A stretch of DNA of 63,903 nucleotides, the filler included. It is 11 parts of 11 records of this genome, joined end to end, with 100 filler letters (N's around TTAATTAATTAA, not from the genome) between each part and the next. Parts side by side here need not be neighbours in the genome. Positions count along the whole stretch, not along the records: positions 18,299 to 22,734 come from SRR15195285_948; positions 22,835 to 28,064 come from SRR15195285_949; positions 28,165 to 36,288 come from SRR15195285_952; 8 more parts are not named here. One strand, written 5' to 3'. The notes beneath the pieces were generated by a model. The model saw nothing but the letters and a program-made list of their open reading frames with translations, was not told where the DNA came from and did not search any database. This document shows positions 21,649 to 34,100 of the stretch, piece after piece. The position numbers and the translations under genes are program-made. The stretch's first letter is position 1. The number at the start of each line of letters is the position of its first letter.

Positions 21649-22446
21649 TTAGGCATTGAAAGAGGCTTGCGCGGCTAGCAGCCGGACCGCCTCGAGTGCC
21701 GCGGCACCACCCGCGTGCTTCGTTCGTGGCACGACATGCCCACCACCATGCTCGACAACCTTTGCTGCTCCGGCCGCCCAGAGCTGCGCCAGCTGCTCTG
21801 TACCTTGGCGCTCGAAGTCCCAGCCCTTGCCGTACAAGAGGGTTGCAGGCAGCCGAAGCGGCGCGGCAGCAGTCATCTGGGATTTCAGCAAGGGATCCGC
21901 GGGGCAGAACCCAGACATAACCAGCGCAAATCGGAGAGAGGGGAGGGGTGCCGCCGCTGCCGCTGATGCTTGAGAGCAGAGCAACGACGCTAAGGCACCC
22001 CCTTGGCTGAAGCCTACGACGCCTTCGAACGGGCCGTGCATCTGTTCATAATCACGGATGTAATCCAGTGTCGTTTCAGCGCCAGCATACTTCCCGTCCG
22101 CGCCCTTGTCCCACCACTCGTAGTATGGCCCGCCGGGCCAGGCGTTCTGGACGGCATCCTGCGCGGGACCAGACGCAGGGTGCGGCGCGTCCGGGAAGCG
22201 CAGGTCGAGCGCTGGACCCACAGCTGCCTCCAGCGCGGAGCTCACCTGCTCCGGTTGAAATGATCACCTTGAGCAGCGGCCAAAGCAGGACATCGTGGCG
22301 ATGCGAACTGATCATGTGCGGACGTGCTCAAGAGAGAGCGATTTGAGTACAATGGCCACTGTGCGGGAGCATACAGGTACCTCGAGCATCTGTTCACGCA
22401 GGATGGCCCCGCTGGTACGGTGCCCATGCAGACACAGGATGCGCAT
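21649..22446 (-). CDS. FSH1/OVCA2-family serine hydrolase, 2 exons
   Basis: MRILCLHGHRTSG, then intron 22246-22380, then GPFEGVVGFSQGG (nucleophile motif) and HGGGHVVP. Confidence 0.9.
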
Positions 22447-23196
22447 TTGTGGTCCACGCGGCGCAAAGCGCAACGATGACTGTCTTACATCGCACGAAGT
22501 CGATTACAGACCCACACGGTCGCGATCCACGAAGCGTCTGCGAGCCAGCGAGCTCTGTATATTGCAGTATGGTACGGCTCTAGCTACTACGTCGACTCGA
22601 GTTGACACTCAACACTAAGCTCTAGGTAACTCTGAATCACCATTCGGCACGCGCACGCGCGCGCGCGCGCGCGCAAACAGACCCGGCGCTAAGGACCCGA
22701 TGTTCAAATCCCGACCAGGGTCAAGTGCCCAGGTNNNNNNNNNNNNNNNNNNNNNNNNNNNNNNNNNNNNNNNNNNNNTTAATTAATTAANNNNNNNNNN
22801 NNNNNNNNNNNNNNNNNNNNNNNNNNNNNNNNNNACACCCCCTGATGAGGTTTGGCGAAGGTACAGAGTCCTCTGCCCACCCCTTCCATGTGAACGGGAG
22901 AGCAGCCCCCCATCGCGAGCTCCCTGCTCACCGCTGATCGGAACGCTCGGTCAGAATCAAGATCGATTATGCCCGGATCCGTTGTATTTTGAAAAGCCAC
23001 GGTATATTGAGTATAATGCAATTTGCCTACTGACTGATGTTGATCAACGGAGGATAATCCTGAATTTTGGCTGCGGAGAATGATCAGTTTGACGTTTGAG
23101 CGAATAAACAGCAGGGTCAGATTCTCACTGGTAAATACAAAGCCACAATTGATCAGATTTCGACTCGGATAGAAAAAAAATGTTTCCTTCTCATTC

Positions 23197-25607
23197 ATGA
23201 ATTCAACCGAATTCTTTCGATTCTTGGTGCATTTTGATTTCTACTCTGGAGAGTCCACACCTACTCTGGAGAGTCCACAAAGTCGTGAACCACAGAGGGA
23301 AGGAACGCTGTCCTCAAAGAAGTATGGCGAGAGGGAGCACGTAATGACCGACTTCAAGCAGCCGCGCAGGCTGTTCCTCGAGCAGCACAATGTCCGGCGC
23401 CAGGCGGGAGGTGACAGGTGGTTGAACAGCGGCGGTAAGAAGGGCAGCATTGTGTTTTGGGTTCGGCCTGGGACTAGGATTCGGAAGCGCTATGGTAAGG
23501 TCGTCGCAGTGAACCGACCAGAGCTGCGGCTGAGGTATGCGGAATTCAGGCTCGTCACCGGCCCGGAGTCCAACCCTGTGTGCAACAAAGAGGGCTGCAC
23601 TGTTTACGTCCTAGATGTTATCCCGAAAGAACACGCCCACAACTCCCGAGCTGCAGCACGTTATCCCGCAAGAAGGCCACCAGTCGTCTTTCAGGGCGGC
23701 GAAACTGGGGCTGTTGTTGATCTTGTGCAGTCGTCCACCTCTACGACAAAGTTCATCAGTTTTCAAGCCAAGAAGCTGGGTGATGATGGTGGTGAGTTGA
23801 TCGAGCTGGGTAACGTAGTGCGCTCTCGGAACGGCGTCACTCTTTCTAGCGGGCAGGGCGATTTTGCTGAGTGGCATCGCCGTGAGTTGTCGGAGGCGCC
23901 GCTGCAAGAAGGAGACGTCATCGGGTACACGAGGCGTGGAACGATTACTCGACAGTGCTCTGCTTCAGGCGACATGATGCTCGGTGTGGTCAGCCATAAA
24001 GCCGTAGTCGAGGGCTCAGCGCCACCGTTGTCCGAACGCAGCCTATACCACACAGTCGCCTATTGTGGCGTTGTTCCCGTGCGTGTTATACCCCGCGCCT
24101 TGGGCACTATCCTATCAAGAGGAGCCCTGGGCTGGGGCGCTTGTACCGGACCATGTGCCAGTGAGTGCGCATTCTACGCTGTGCTTGTATATTGCTTGGG
24201 AAGAAAACCGTCCACTGAGACTGACAGGAAAGGCGCGTGTTTTCTTTCTTCTGATGTTGCACAATGATAGGCGAGGTCCAGGGCCCAACAGCAGGGGACA
24301 TTCTCATTCCGAGCGGACGTTGCGATGGCACTGCTGTGGCCATTTCTGTGAAAGAGCTACCCGCAAGCAGCCGATTGGCCTCGCGCAAAGTCGGTGTCGT
24401 CCTCAATAGCTGCGATTGGGACGATAGTGACAAGGAGGACGGCAGCGTTGGGCAGCTAGTGGAGGCCGTCGTCGCCCCACCAGTCAGCACAGTGGCAGCC
24501 TCATCGACGAAGCTGCCCGTGCGGGCTACAATCTCTTCGCTGAGTATGGTCGTGGTCGCTGGATGCCTAGTTTTTGCGGCACAAGCACTCGCTGCCGGGC
24601 TCCGTGCGCAGCATGGACAATCGTCCTGGGACAAGCCCTGGCATCCGCAGTGTTACCAGCCATATAGAAATCGCAGCGACGGCTACCGCAACGTAGAGAA
24701 CTCGGTATACAGAAACACACACATCGGAAAACAATTCGCGGACGCGTGCGTGCCGTCGCATCAATCGTTGCTGTGCTAGCATTCAATCTTTGCCTTGGGA
24801 ATGCCGGATCTGACTGATCGAATGCTGGATGGACTGCACAGGCCACCTACTAGCTCAGAAGATTTCGAGACATTGTGCCCTATCAATCATGTGATTGCTA
24901 GCTCAACAGTTGACTACAACTTTTTACAAACGACAGACGTTGGCGACGACCGCTGGTATCGCTTCATTGGCCGAGGAGGCGATGCACTACCTCTGTTCCC
25001 AGTACCAGAGTTCCGGTGTGGTACGCATTTTGGCGGCTGGCTTTCCGGGTTCAAACGCGGTCAACTGGATGTGGCGACAACGACCGCAGCACCAAATTTG
25101 GAACCACCAAGTAATCACTGCGACGAAGGTTCGCCTGAGTACAACGCCTGCACGCATTGTCCCCAAGGTGCTTTTGAAGACGGCGGCGTTGACACATTTG
25201 GCAATTTTTGCCGAGAATACTGCTCGGAATCTGGTTATTGCGGCCGAACCGAGATCTACAAAGATGGTGGTCACGACTGTCATGCGTGCAAGCGCTGGCC
25301 GATGGCACCGGAAGGATCTGATGTAGCCGACCCTGGAGGCCCACCTATCGAGTACTCTGAGCCAGGGTGGTATCCAACCGCAGCCGAGGGCAAGGTCACG
25401 ATGACAGCCTGCTTCAGCGCGGGGCACAACTGCTACAACCAGGAAACCGGGACGTGGCAGCCGGAGGCCTGTGGCGGACCAACGTGCTTGAGGCACCAGG
25501 ATGTCCAGGTGGTGCGGTGTGATGGGTTCTATCTTTGGCAGCTGGATTATATCCCGGGTTGTCACTCTGGGTATTGCACGACGGTGTCGGAGGGGCGCAA
25601 CACATGA
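23197..25607 (+). CDS. Single-pass membrane protein: basic putative DNA-binding domain + Peptidase_G2-like intramolecular-chaperone autocleavage domain + TM + uromodulin/GP2/OIT3-type D8C domain (true 5' end uncertain)
   Basis: Three ORFs join in frame via introns 24161-24270 and 24746-24841. Chaperone domain: GDFAEW...GDVIG...GVVS...VAYCGVVPVRV...GDILIPSG..DG. TM: LSMVVVAGCLVFAAQALAAGL. D8C: WYRF.G.GG..LP...CGT..GGWL.G...P...EG.VT..ACF...C....V.V..C.GFYLWQL...C..GYCT. Confidence 0.8.
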
Positions 25608-25731
25608 TGATAATATTGTGGGACTGTTGACTGCGACACCACACACTGGAAAGCAAGTGGCTGACTGGCTGGCTGACTGACTGAGTTAGTGATGCTCATG
25701 TAGAAACGCACTCACCGTACATTTGCCATCG

Positions 25732-27859
25732 CTAAGAGACCGGCAGAAGGACCTCTGAAAGTTCCCCATACCCAGCGTCCCCTGCATAGTGGGCGGCGGA
25801 ACGCAGCCACCTGTCGACAAGTGCGGGGTCTGCGTGGCAAACTCTGAGTAGGTAGCGAATGTTAGAAACTGCACCACGATCTGCTGCATGATGCAAAAGA
25901 GTTGCGCCGATACTAGACCCGCGTGCACACCGACACAAGCAAGTGAGAACAAAAGTTTGGAACAGCACTGCATCAGAGCAAGCTAGTAAATTCTAGTTGT
26001 TTGAGTGTAGAAAGTGAGACAGCTAGCGTTGGTGCGTGACACTGGCCGCGGAAGCGCGTACTGGTCGCGTGCCTCGGCGACAACCTTGCAGCGTTCTCGA
26101 CCATGGCTAATCCATGTATGTTCGCGAGAGAAGCCGAGTAGATTCATTGCATTCCTTGTCCCGATGTTGACTGCAGCTATGGCCCACGATATTGCTGATG
26201 AAAACGCTGTTGAGGGTGGAGATACTGCAAATTTGCATAAACCGACCAGCAGGCGCAGGGAGTCCACGCTTCCTTCTGATGCCACTACGTGGAGGATACT
26301 GTGGCCTCTTCCGTTCAGACCTGTATCCAAGACATTCATGCTGCGTTTCAGTGCTCCAATTAGCAACAGCGTGTGGTCTTGTTAGAATTGCTGCAACACA
26401 CAACGTATACGCGCAGCCCGAGCGGGGCAGCAACACACATGCCACAGCTGAGAGACTCGAAACAGGTACGCACTGAAGCATGTCGTAGTTGCCAAGGATT
26501 TCATCGATGCCACGATCAAATCGCTCGGGAAATCCTGCTGATCAGAGCGTGTGCCACCTTTCACATCCAGCATCCCGAGCAGGCTAGCTGCGCTGGACTC
26601 ATAGTCCATCGAAGCGCGCAACAAACAGGCTCCCAAGCGACTGTCGTCAGACAGCGGTTGATCGCCATCAGGTATCAACTGACCTTGTAGATGGTCATGT
26701 CCGACACTACTTTCACAGTCAGACAAGTCGAGCAGTGGCACAATACCTGCCGCGATGATTGTCTGCCAGCCCTGCGGCTGAGCGAGGGCAGCCCAGCGCA
26801 GAGCCGCATGCACATCTGCCTCGAGACCGGAAGCACCGTTTGAATACTCCTGGTCTAGATCAGCGTTCTGCGCAATACTTTGGTAACGCTGCCGGTCGAT
26901 GAGGCCGCGCGCGCGGAGCATCAGTAGTACCGCACGTGAGTCGCCTCCCTGCACTGCTAGATGCAGCGCACCGTGCCCGTTCACGTTTCTATGCTCTAGC
27001 AGCTGGGATACCGTCCTGTGCATGCACTTCTCGCTGTGCACAAAGTGTCCCAATATCGATTGAATTACTCCGTGTCGCCGTTTCGATACTGCGCTGTGGA
27101 GTGCGGTGCCATTGAGTCTATCGCCGATCAGAGACAAAGATGCTGCCGACTCACCAGCTGCGTGCAGCAGTCCAGCGACAAAGCGAGTGTGGCCATGTCG
27201 CGCAGCAAGGTGCAGTGCCGTCTCATTGTTGGCGTCACCTTGCTCTAGCCAAGTTCGTGTCCACCGGCTACGAGCGCACATGCACCACATATCGGGGTCA
27301 CAGCGCCACAACAAGTTGCGTATCATTTCCGGGTGACCCCGTCGCGCAGCCGTGTGTAGTACGGTATTGCCATCTGAGTCCTCCGCGCGCAATAGATTTT
27401 GCCCACTGTTGAACAGCACTACCGATCGTTAGTGTGTTATGCTAGAGTTCAGTAGGCGAGGTGGCCGGCACGAAGGGCAGCGGACCCCGTGCTACAGTCC
27501 ACGTGTGCGAGAATGATGGACAACTGCGTTGCACTACCAAGCTCGGCGCTCAGGTGAAGCGCGCTCTTGCCCTCGAGGCTGCGCTCCCGCAGCGTCAGCG
27601 AGGTGGTGCTCTCGCCTAACGACCGCAGCAGCGTCTGGAGGCAGCGTGGCTGCCGACGGGCGGCTGCCAGCAGGACAGGCGTCCACGCCACCTGCTCAGT
27701 GAGGAGGGCCGCATCATCACTGAGCGCACCAGCACACTCAATCGGTTGTTGCCAGTCAGCAGTGTCGCTGAATGAGGTGGTCACGCCACACACCGCCATT
27801 ACTGGCAGCCAAATCGTGCGGTGGCACAGCAGGTTTCGACGTGCTACCTTCGCCATCAT
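25732..27859 (-). CDS. Ankyrin-repeat protein, multi-exon (3' end approximate)
   Basis: GKSALHLSA, GNTVLHTAARRGH, NETALHLAARHGH, GHGALHLAVQGG, GHSILHVVASEG. Confidence 0.8.
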
Positions 27860-28164
27860 GCCAGCGCAGTGACGCTGCGACCTGGCGCGCGGAGACCCGG
27901 TGGCGACCGCGCCGCCGGGCGCTCATACGTACGCGCATGCACCTTGCACGCGCGCATTCCTCAACTCGTGCGCGATGGTTGCATTGCGATGTCGCGACGT
28001 CGTGTCAGAATGCAAATCCCGCCGCCGGGCCGCGGAGTGCCCAGGTCAGGCCCGTGGCAACCTGNNNNNNNNNNNNNNNNNNNNNNNNNNNNNNNNNNNN
28101 NNNNNNNNTTAATTAATTAANNNNNNNNNNNNNNNNNNNNNNNNNNNNNNNNNNNNNNNNNNNN

Positions 28165-31100
28165 GTCGACATGAAACCGTACTCGACGCCGCCTCGCACA
28201 TTGCGTTTGTTCTTATTGGTGAAGGCCTTTGGGAGCTTCATTCCGCTGATGCCCCTGTAAACTTCAATTGCAGGCTGCAGCTTCGCAAGTTTGAGCACTC
28301 CTGAATTGAGCACGTGCAGGGTCGTAGTAAAGCGTCCTCGGACATCCTGCCCTGCACCGACCAGCGCATACGAGGGTATGATACCTCTTGCTTCCTTGTT
28401 GCCGTATGCACGAAGCAGACCGTTGTATATCTCGAACATAGGACCTGTATAGAGGCGAAGAGCAATCACCTCCTCGACACGTAACCCAATTTCGAGTATA
28501 TCATCAGGAGTGATGACAGTACTGAAACGTCTGTTGGCGAACGACTTGGTTATCAGCGGTGCCGCTTCCTTCAGCAGCTTCTCGGCCGGTATCTTGACTC
28601 GGTTGCCGCGGCTGCGTCCGGTCTCACGGTCAATCCCGGCGTCCATATCGCCGACTACAGCTGGGGCGACGACGAAGAGCCATTCTTGTCTTGGAGTGGA
28701 TGTCACTCGGTAGCTTGAAGTCACAAATGTGTCGTCAGACGCACCATATCCGGTGGCAACAGCGCAGTGTTCCTCTTCCATCGCTGCCATGAGGTCCTTT
28801 CGGCACTCTCCGATCATCTTCTCGAGTCCTCCAAAGTAGTCCGATAGGTCAGCGAAAGTGCCTTCAAATCCTCCAGTAAACTTATCGTAGAAATCATCTG
28901 CGGGCGAATCGTCTTTGCCTGTTGCTTCACCTACATCTACGCTACTGGCATCAAGGCTTGCTCCGCCAGGAATAAAGGATTCCTTTGCGCCTTGCACCTG
29001 TGCAACAACCGCAGTCACAGCTTGATTGTCTTCCGTGCCCGAATATGCCTCCTTAGTGACAGCGATTTGGACGGATCCCGAGCCCCTGTTCTTGGCTGTC
29101 CACTGTGTGCCGTCCAAGACCCGCGCAAAGTCTGCGCTTGCAACTTCCATCCGCATCGTCTCTAGATATGCCTTCATGGTCTCGACATCTTCTTCCGTCT
29201 CCAACCCAACGATGCAGCGATCAAAAGCATTCCTCGATGGATTATCGGCCTGGCCGAGCACGTAATGGACGTGCCTGACCTTTGTCACCACCGCTACAAC
29301 GAAGGACACCGGGACCATCAAGATGAAAGTAGCCAAGAGCGTCCAGTCGTATGCAGTTTCGCCCATCACCTCCCTGGTCAGATTGATCTTTTGCAGCGTA
29401 AGCGCGCTAACGATCACAACAAATACATGACACTCGGTGATTGCCCGGAACACATTATCCTCCGAAATCTTGTACGGGCACACTTTGACTTGCAGCGCGA
29501 AGAATCCAAAAGACAAGAAGAGCGCAGCGTTCAACTGAGCGACACTTCCTCGCCCAACGAGCAGTACAAGTCCCACCAACGCCAATTTGCGGAGCATGTC
29601 CAGTGCTTCCCAGTATAAATACGCTGGTACGTACGCATCCATCAGGAAACTGTAGTCCTCTCCGATCGTAATGTCGCGGATGACGAACGAGGCCTGCTTC
29701 TCATCTACCTTCAGGTCTTCGGCAACCTTCTTCGCCAGCGCCACGTTCGAGCCTTCAGTGTCGCGCTGGTAGATGCTGGCCTTTCGAATCAGGATGTAAC
29801 CAAACGCAAGCGGCAGGCCGCAAGCAACCATAACCACAACGATGGATGAGAGCACCTGGATAACGATGTGCCGTGGCTCCTCACACAGGACGCTGTCATC
29901 CGATTCAAGAACGCTGTCGGTGGGCGTCAATGATCGACAGATGAATGCCGCAAAGGCCACGTTGCAGATCGTCGGGTAACACTGTCGATGCGAGGCAAGC
30001 ACTTCAGACATGTCCACTCGGACGGAGCACTGAAGAGGGGGAGACTCACGAAAAACAGTGCAAAGAATCCGTTGCCTTTGGCGTGACTCTTAGCCTTGTC
30101 CCGGCTGCTGCCTGTCTCGAAACAGTAGACGATTGCGACGACCAGCGAGAGTACAAACGGCAGCACGACGACTCGCAGCGTCCACTTGCTAGTGAAGCCG
30201 ATGAGGCCGAAGCATTCGCTGCTACCCAGCGCTCGGAATAGCAGCCCCCATACCTGTGAGGGCACCACAAATGTTTTCAGACGGGGCACATCTGGGATCA
30301 ATACGTCAAACAATCACTCTAGAGATCTCCAAATTTCATCAGATTGCTAGGGGACGGGAGCATACGTCCATAACAGGTCGAACGGCATCGACGACTGCCT
30401 CAAATGCAGGCGGATACTGGAACGAGAGCACGTCACCCAGCTGAGAAGTCACTTGGGCGTAGGTGATGACGATTCTCATCGGCTGGAAGGCGCATCGCAC
30501 AGCCAGCTTGAAAGGAAACTTGCGCCAGTACTTGATTCCTATGCCGACCACCAGTGTCATAACCACGATGATTGCCAGGAGTGTGAGCAGCGACTTGGTG
30601 GTGAAGCCTGTTCCAGCACACGGTTCGCAGAGCCGCGATGGCATCATTCCATAGCCATCGGCACACGTCTGACACAGATAGCCTTGATAGCCAAGACTGC
30701 ACTCCCCTGGCGTGGATGGATGTGCTGGACAACGAATGATCGCGAGATCGAATTCGTCATGGCAGCGGAACGCAAGCTGAATCGAGCTCTCGGCTTGCTG
30801 CAGCAACGAGCGTCGAGAATCTATAGTGCCAGGCAGCTGTGGTATTGTGTAGCCCTCAGCAATGGTCGGTGCTGTTCCCTTTTCGCAATCGAAGCACGCC
30901 TGACCCAGTGCATCAGTTGGGCACTGCTCACAGACCTGCCCTGCCTCAACCTCCGAGTCGTGCTCGGCCAGAGCTGCCAGGTATTCACCCGTCTCGTATC
31001 CTCCATCGAAGCAGACGAACAGCTGCTGCGATGCGTTGTGGAAGCTGTCTGCGCAGCCGCACTCACGGTTTTGATCGCTAAACGAACCAGCAACCGCGGT

Positions 31101-34100
31101 CTGGCGCATAGTAGGGCACACATCGCAGCGCTTCTGATCATCCACCACGACCTGGCTATCTGGGCACGGTAAACACACTCCAAAAGTGGAGTGATTGTTG
31201 CCTCTGCACGGCTCGCAAATCGTCTGGTCTGCTCTCGGACCAAAACCTGGCGGGCATGCTTGACAGCTGATACCATTGGAGCTGTATGTCATGCCAGAGC
31301 ATGGCGTGCAGGTGGTGGAGTAGTTTGCGTACGAGCAGGAGGATCCGAGCGCACAAGGGTTCTGATTGCATCCACCTTGGACAACGCCTGCTACTGAGCC
31401 CGGATTGATTGCCACGGTCTTCTCGAAATTCATAGGACTGAACGTTGAGTCCACCACCGCCACAGATGTTGGCAGCAACACCTGCAGCGCGTCGGCATAA
31501 TTGGCTCCTGTCAAGTCTGTTCCACCACTGGCCTCGTTGTCGCTGAGTGTTGCCCTGCTAACCCGTATTGCGCAACGATCGGAGAAAACGGCGCCTGCCC
31601 CTGCTCGTGTGCCTGCCGTCGGGTGAGGACGTGCCTCGTTGGCTGTGAAGACGGCATCTGACAGGGTTACCGTTGCTGACTTGGCGTATATTGCACCAGC
31701 AGCAAACTCGCTAGTAGCCCAGTTGCCATCGAACGTCGAGCGTGTGCCTTCAGCTGTAGCTCCATCGCTGAGATAGAGTGCTCCAGCAGCGGAGTCTGCA
31801 GAGATGCCTTGATTGCTCAAGAAGTCGACACGGTCAAACCTGACCGACGAGCCTGCGTTAGCTACAAACAGCGCACCCGCCGACCAGCCTCCATTATTCG
31901 TGAACCGGGACTGATCCAGTCTCGCAACCGAGCCAGACCAAAGGGACACGGTGGCAGCCTGCATACTAGGTGCCTCGACCTGCTCGGACAAGCGGCGTCG
32001 ATCAATTTCTTCTTGGAGCGCAGTTTTCTGCTCGCTCGAGTCTGCGTTTCCGTCAAACGCAGTGTGAACTATGGTCAGCGTGGAAGCTGTGGCCACGATG
32101 ACACTCTGTCCTATGTTTTCTGCAAAGCTTGAGGCTTCGACCGTCATGCTAGAGTCAACGAGGACAGCGACCGACGCGCTCTTGAATCGATCGTCTGGCG
32201 AGTTGAGGTTGAACTCGTTCTTGACAGTGCTGCCCATGAACTGCGTGTGCACGACCGCCACCGTGGACCCCACGGAGGCGTACAGCACTCCCGCGCCCAA
32301 CCCCAAGTTGCGGTTGGAATCGAACACCGAACCGTCGATAGTCACGTTCGAGCTCTCGGAAAAGATCGCACCTGAGCCGAGGCCCTTCTGTGCATTTCCC
32401 GTGACCTCCAGGTACTCGGCTTTAAGCGTAGACCCTTTGCACGAGACGACGGCTCCAAAATTGGATCCACCACCGCCGAAGACCTCACGTCCCTCGATTC
32501 GGACATAGCGAAGCGTGAGGTCCTGGTTGACTAGGTCCAGCTGGGCTGGGAAGGGTTGCATCGGCTTGGCAGCCGGTGCGGCCGGATAGACCTCAGCCTC
32601 GCATAGCTGCATCATCCCCCCGTCCTCCCGCTCGATTGTCACGAATCTGCCAGACTGGGCGTCGCAATAAATGGATACCACGAAACCGGACACTCTCTCG
32701 CCTGTCACCGGATCAGGGACCACTTCGTCAGCATTATAGCCCGAAGCCTGAAAATTGGCCCATGCGTCGCTGCGGACAGTTCCACAGACTGTGCCCGTAC
32801 GGTAATCAGGACTTTCTGACAACCAGACAATTTCTCCACCCTGGAGCTGGCAGCAGTCTGTCCGAGGGTAGAGATCCAGTCTACTGACCGCTACAGACCT
32901 GCCAAGATCGATCTGAAACCACTCGGCGTTCCCAGCTGTGTTCCCAGCTGTTGCAGCGCACGGAGCGGCTGCCGTATCCCCCCAGCTATTCCGGCTACCG
33001 TCAACTGTCATTTCGCCGTTGCGGCATTGGCCTCCTTGAACACAGTTAGCGCCGTTCCAGACAGAGCTCTCGCTCGTAGCCGCGCCGAGCGCAATGTTGG
33101 TGTCTTCGACTGCTGCGGCCACCGGCACGCTTTCGTAAACCTCAACTTCGCAGATCTCTAGATAACCGTCCTGTTGGATTGTCACGAACCTGCCGGGCTT
33201 GCCATCACAGTCAATGATCTCGGCCCCCCCTGCCCCGTCGGCTTGGACAATGCCGCAAAACTCTCCTGCAGAGTAATCAGCGGTGGTCGAGACAAAGACG
33301 CTCGCACCGGCATTTCGTTGCTGGCAGCAGTCTGTGCGGTGGTAGATATACACACTGTCGACTAGTACGGTCGAGCCGAGGTCGGCCTGCCACCACTGGT
33401 TGGCGGCGTTCTCTGTTAGGGTGCAGGACCCCTCACCTTCTTCAGTAGCTATATTTCCGGCGGCGTTACGAACCTGATCGACGGCACGGTCGGAGGTTCG
33501 GCCAGGAATGATGGTGTCTTCAGAACTCTGGCTCGTTGATACGCCGGCCGCCAGGTTGCTGTCCCCGATTGTGTGCGAGTATGTTTCAGTGTCTATTGCA
33601 GGCCCCGCTCCTTGCACTATGATGTGACTCGCTGCAGACAGCTCCTCCCAAAATTGTGCCTCACGCTCGAGCGGTGGATCAGCTTCCCATGCCGCATGCT
33701 CAGTGGAGAAAATGTAGCACTGCTTGGTTGCCACCTCAGCGGTGACATCCGTGGTGAGCGCGCCGCACTCGTAAACACAGCTGCTGTTAGATGTGGCCTT
33801 GGTCGCGTCGTAGTTGGACGCCGAAGGATCGATGCAGCCGAGTGTGGGCTCTTCAGCTACATTGAGTACGCACTGCAGTGCCGCAAGCAGCTCTTCCGAC
33901 CCTGACGTTGGGTGTGAGGGTGCAGCAATCGCACCGGACAGCGCCTCCTCGCAGCCACTCACTAGAACACACGCGGCCCATTCGACTGGGCAATGTGCCT
34001 CAGCAAAAGAAGGCACCGGCGAAGAGCACAAAACGGACCCGCCAATTGCCGCCTGCCCCGCAGGGCAAGCCACACATTCGCTTCGCCCCGTAGTTTCACT

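Noticed and set aside
22645-22675. (GC)n alternating runs near contig ends (also 40683-40695)
   Set aside because: They could form Z-DNA, but are best explained as GC-rich promoter-proximal low-complexity sequence where assemblies break.
22678-22725. GTTCAAATCC B-box-like motif suggesting a tRNA or SINE
   Set aside because: The T-stem does not pair, and I see no cloverleaf or convincing A-box.
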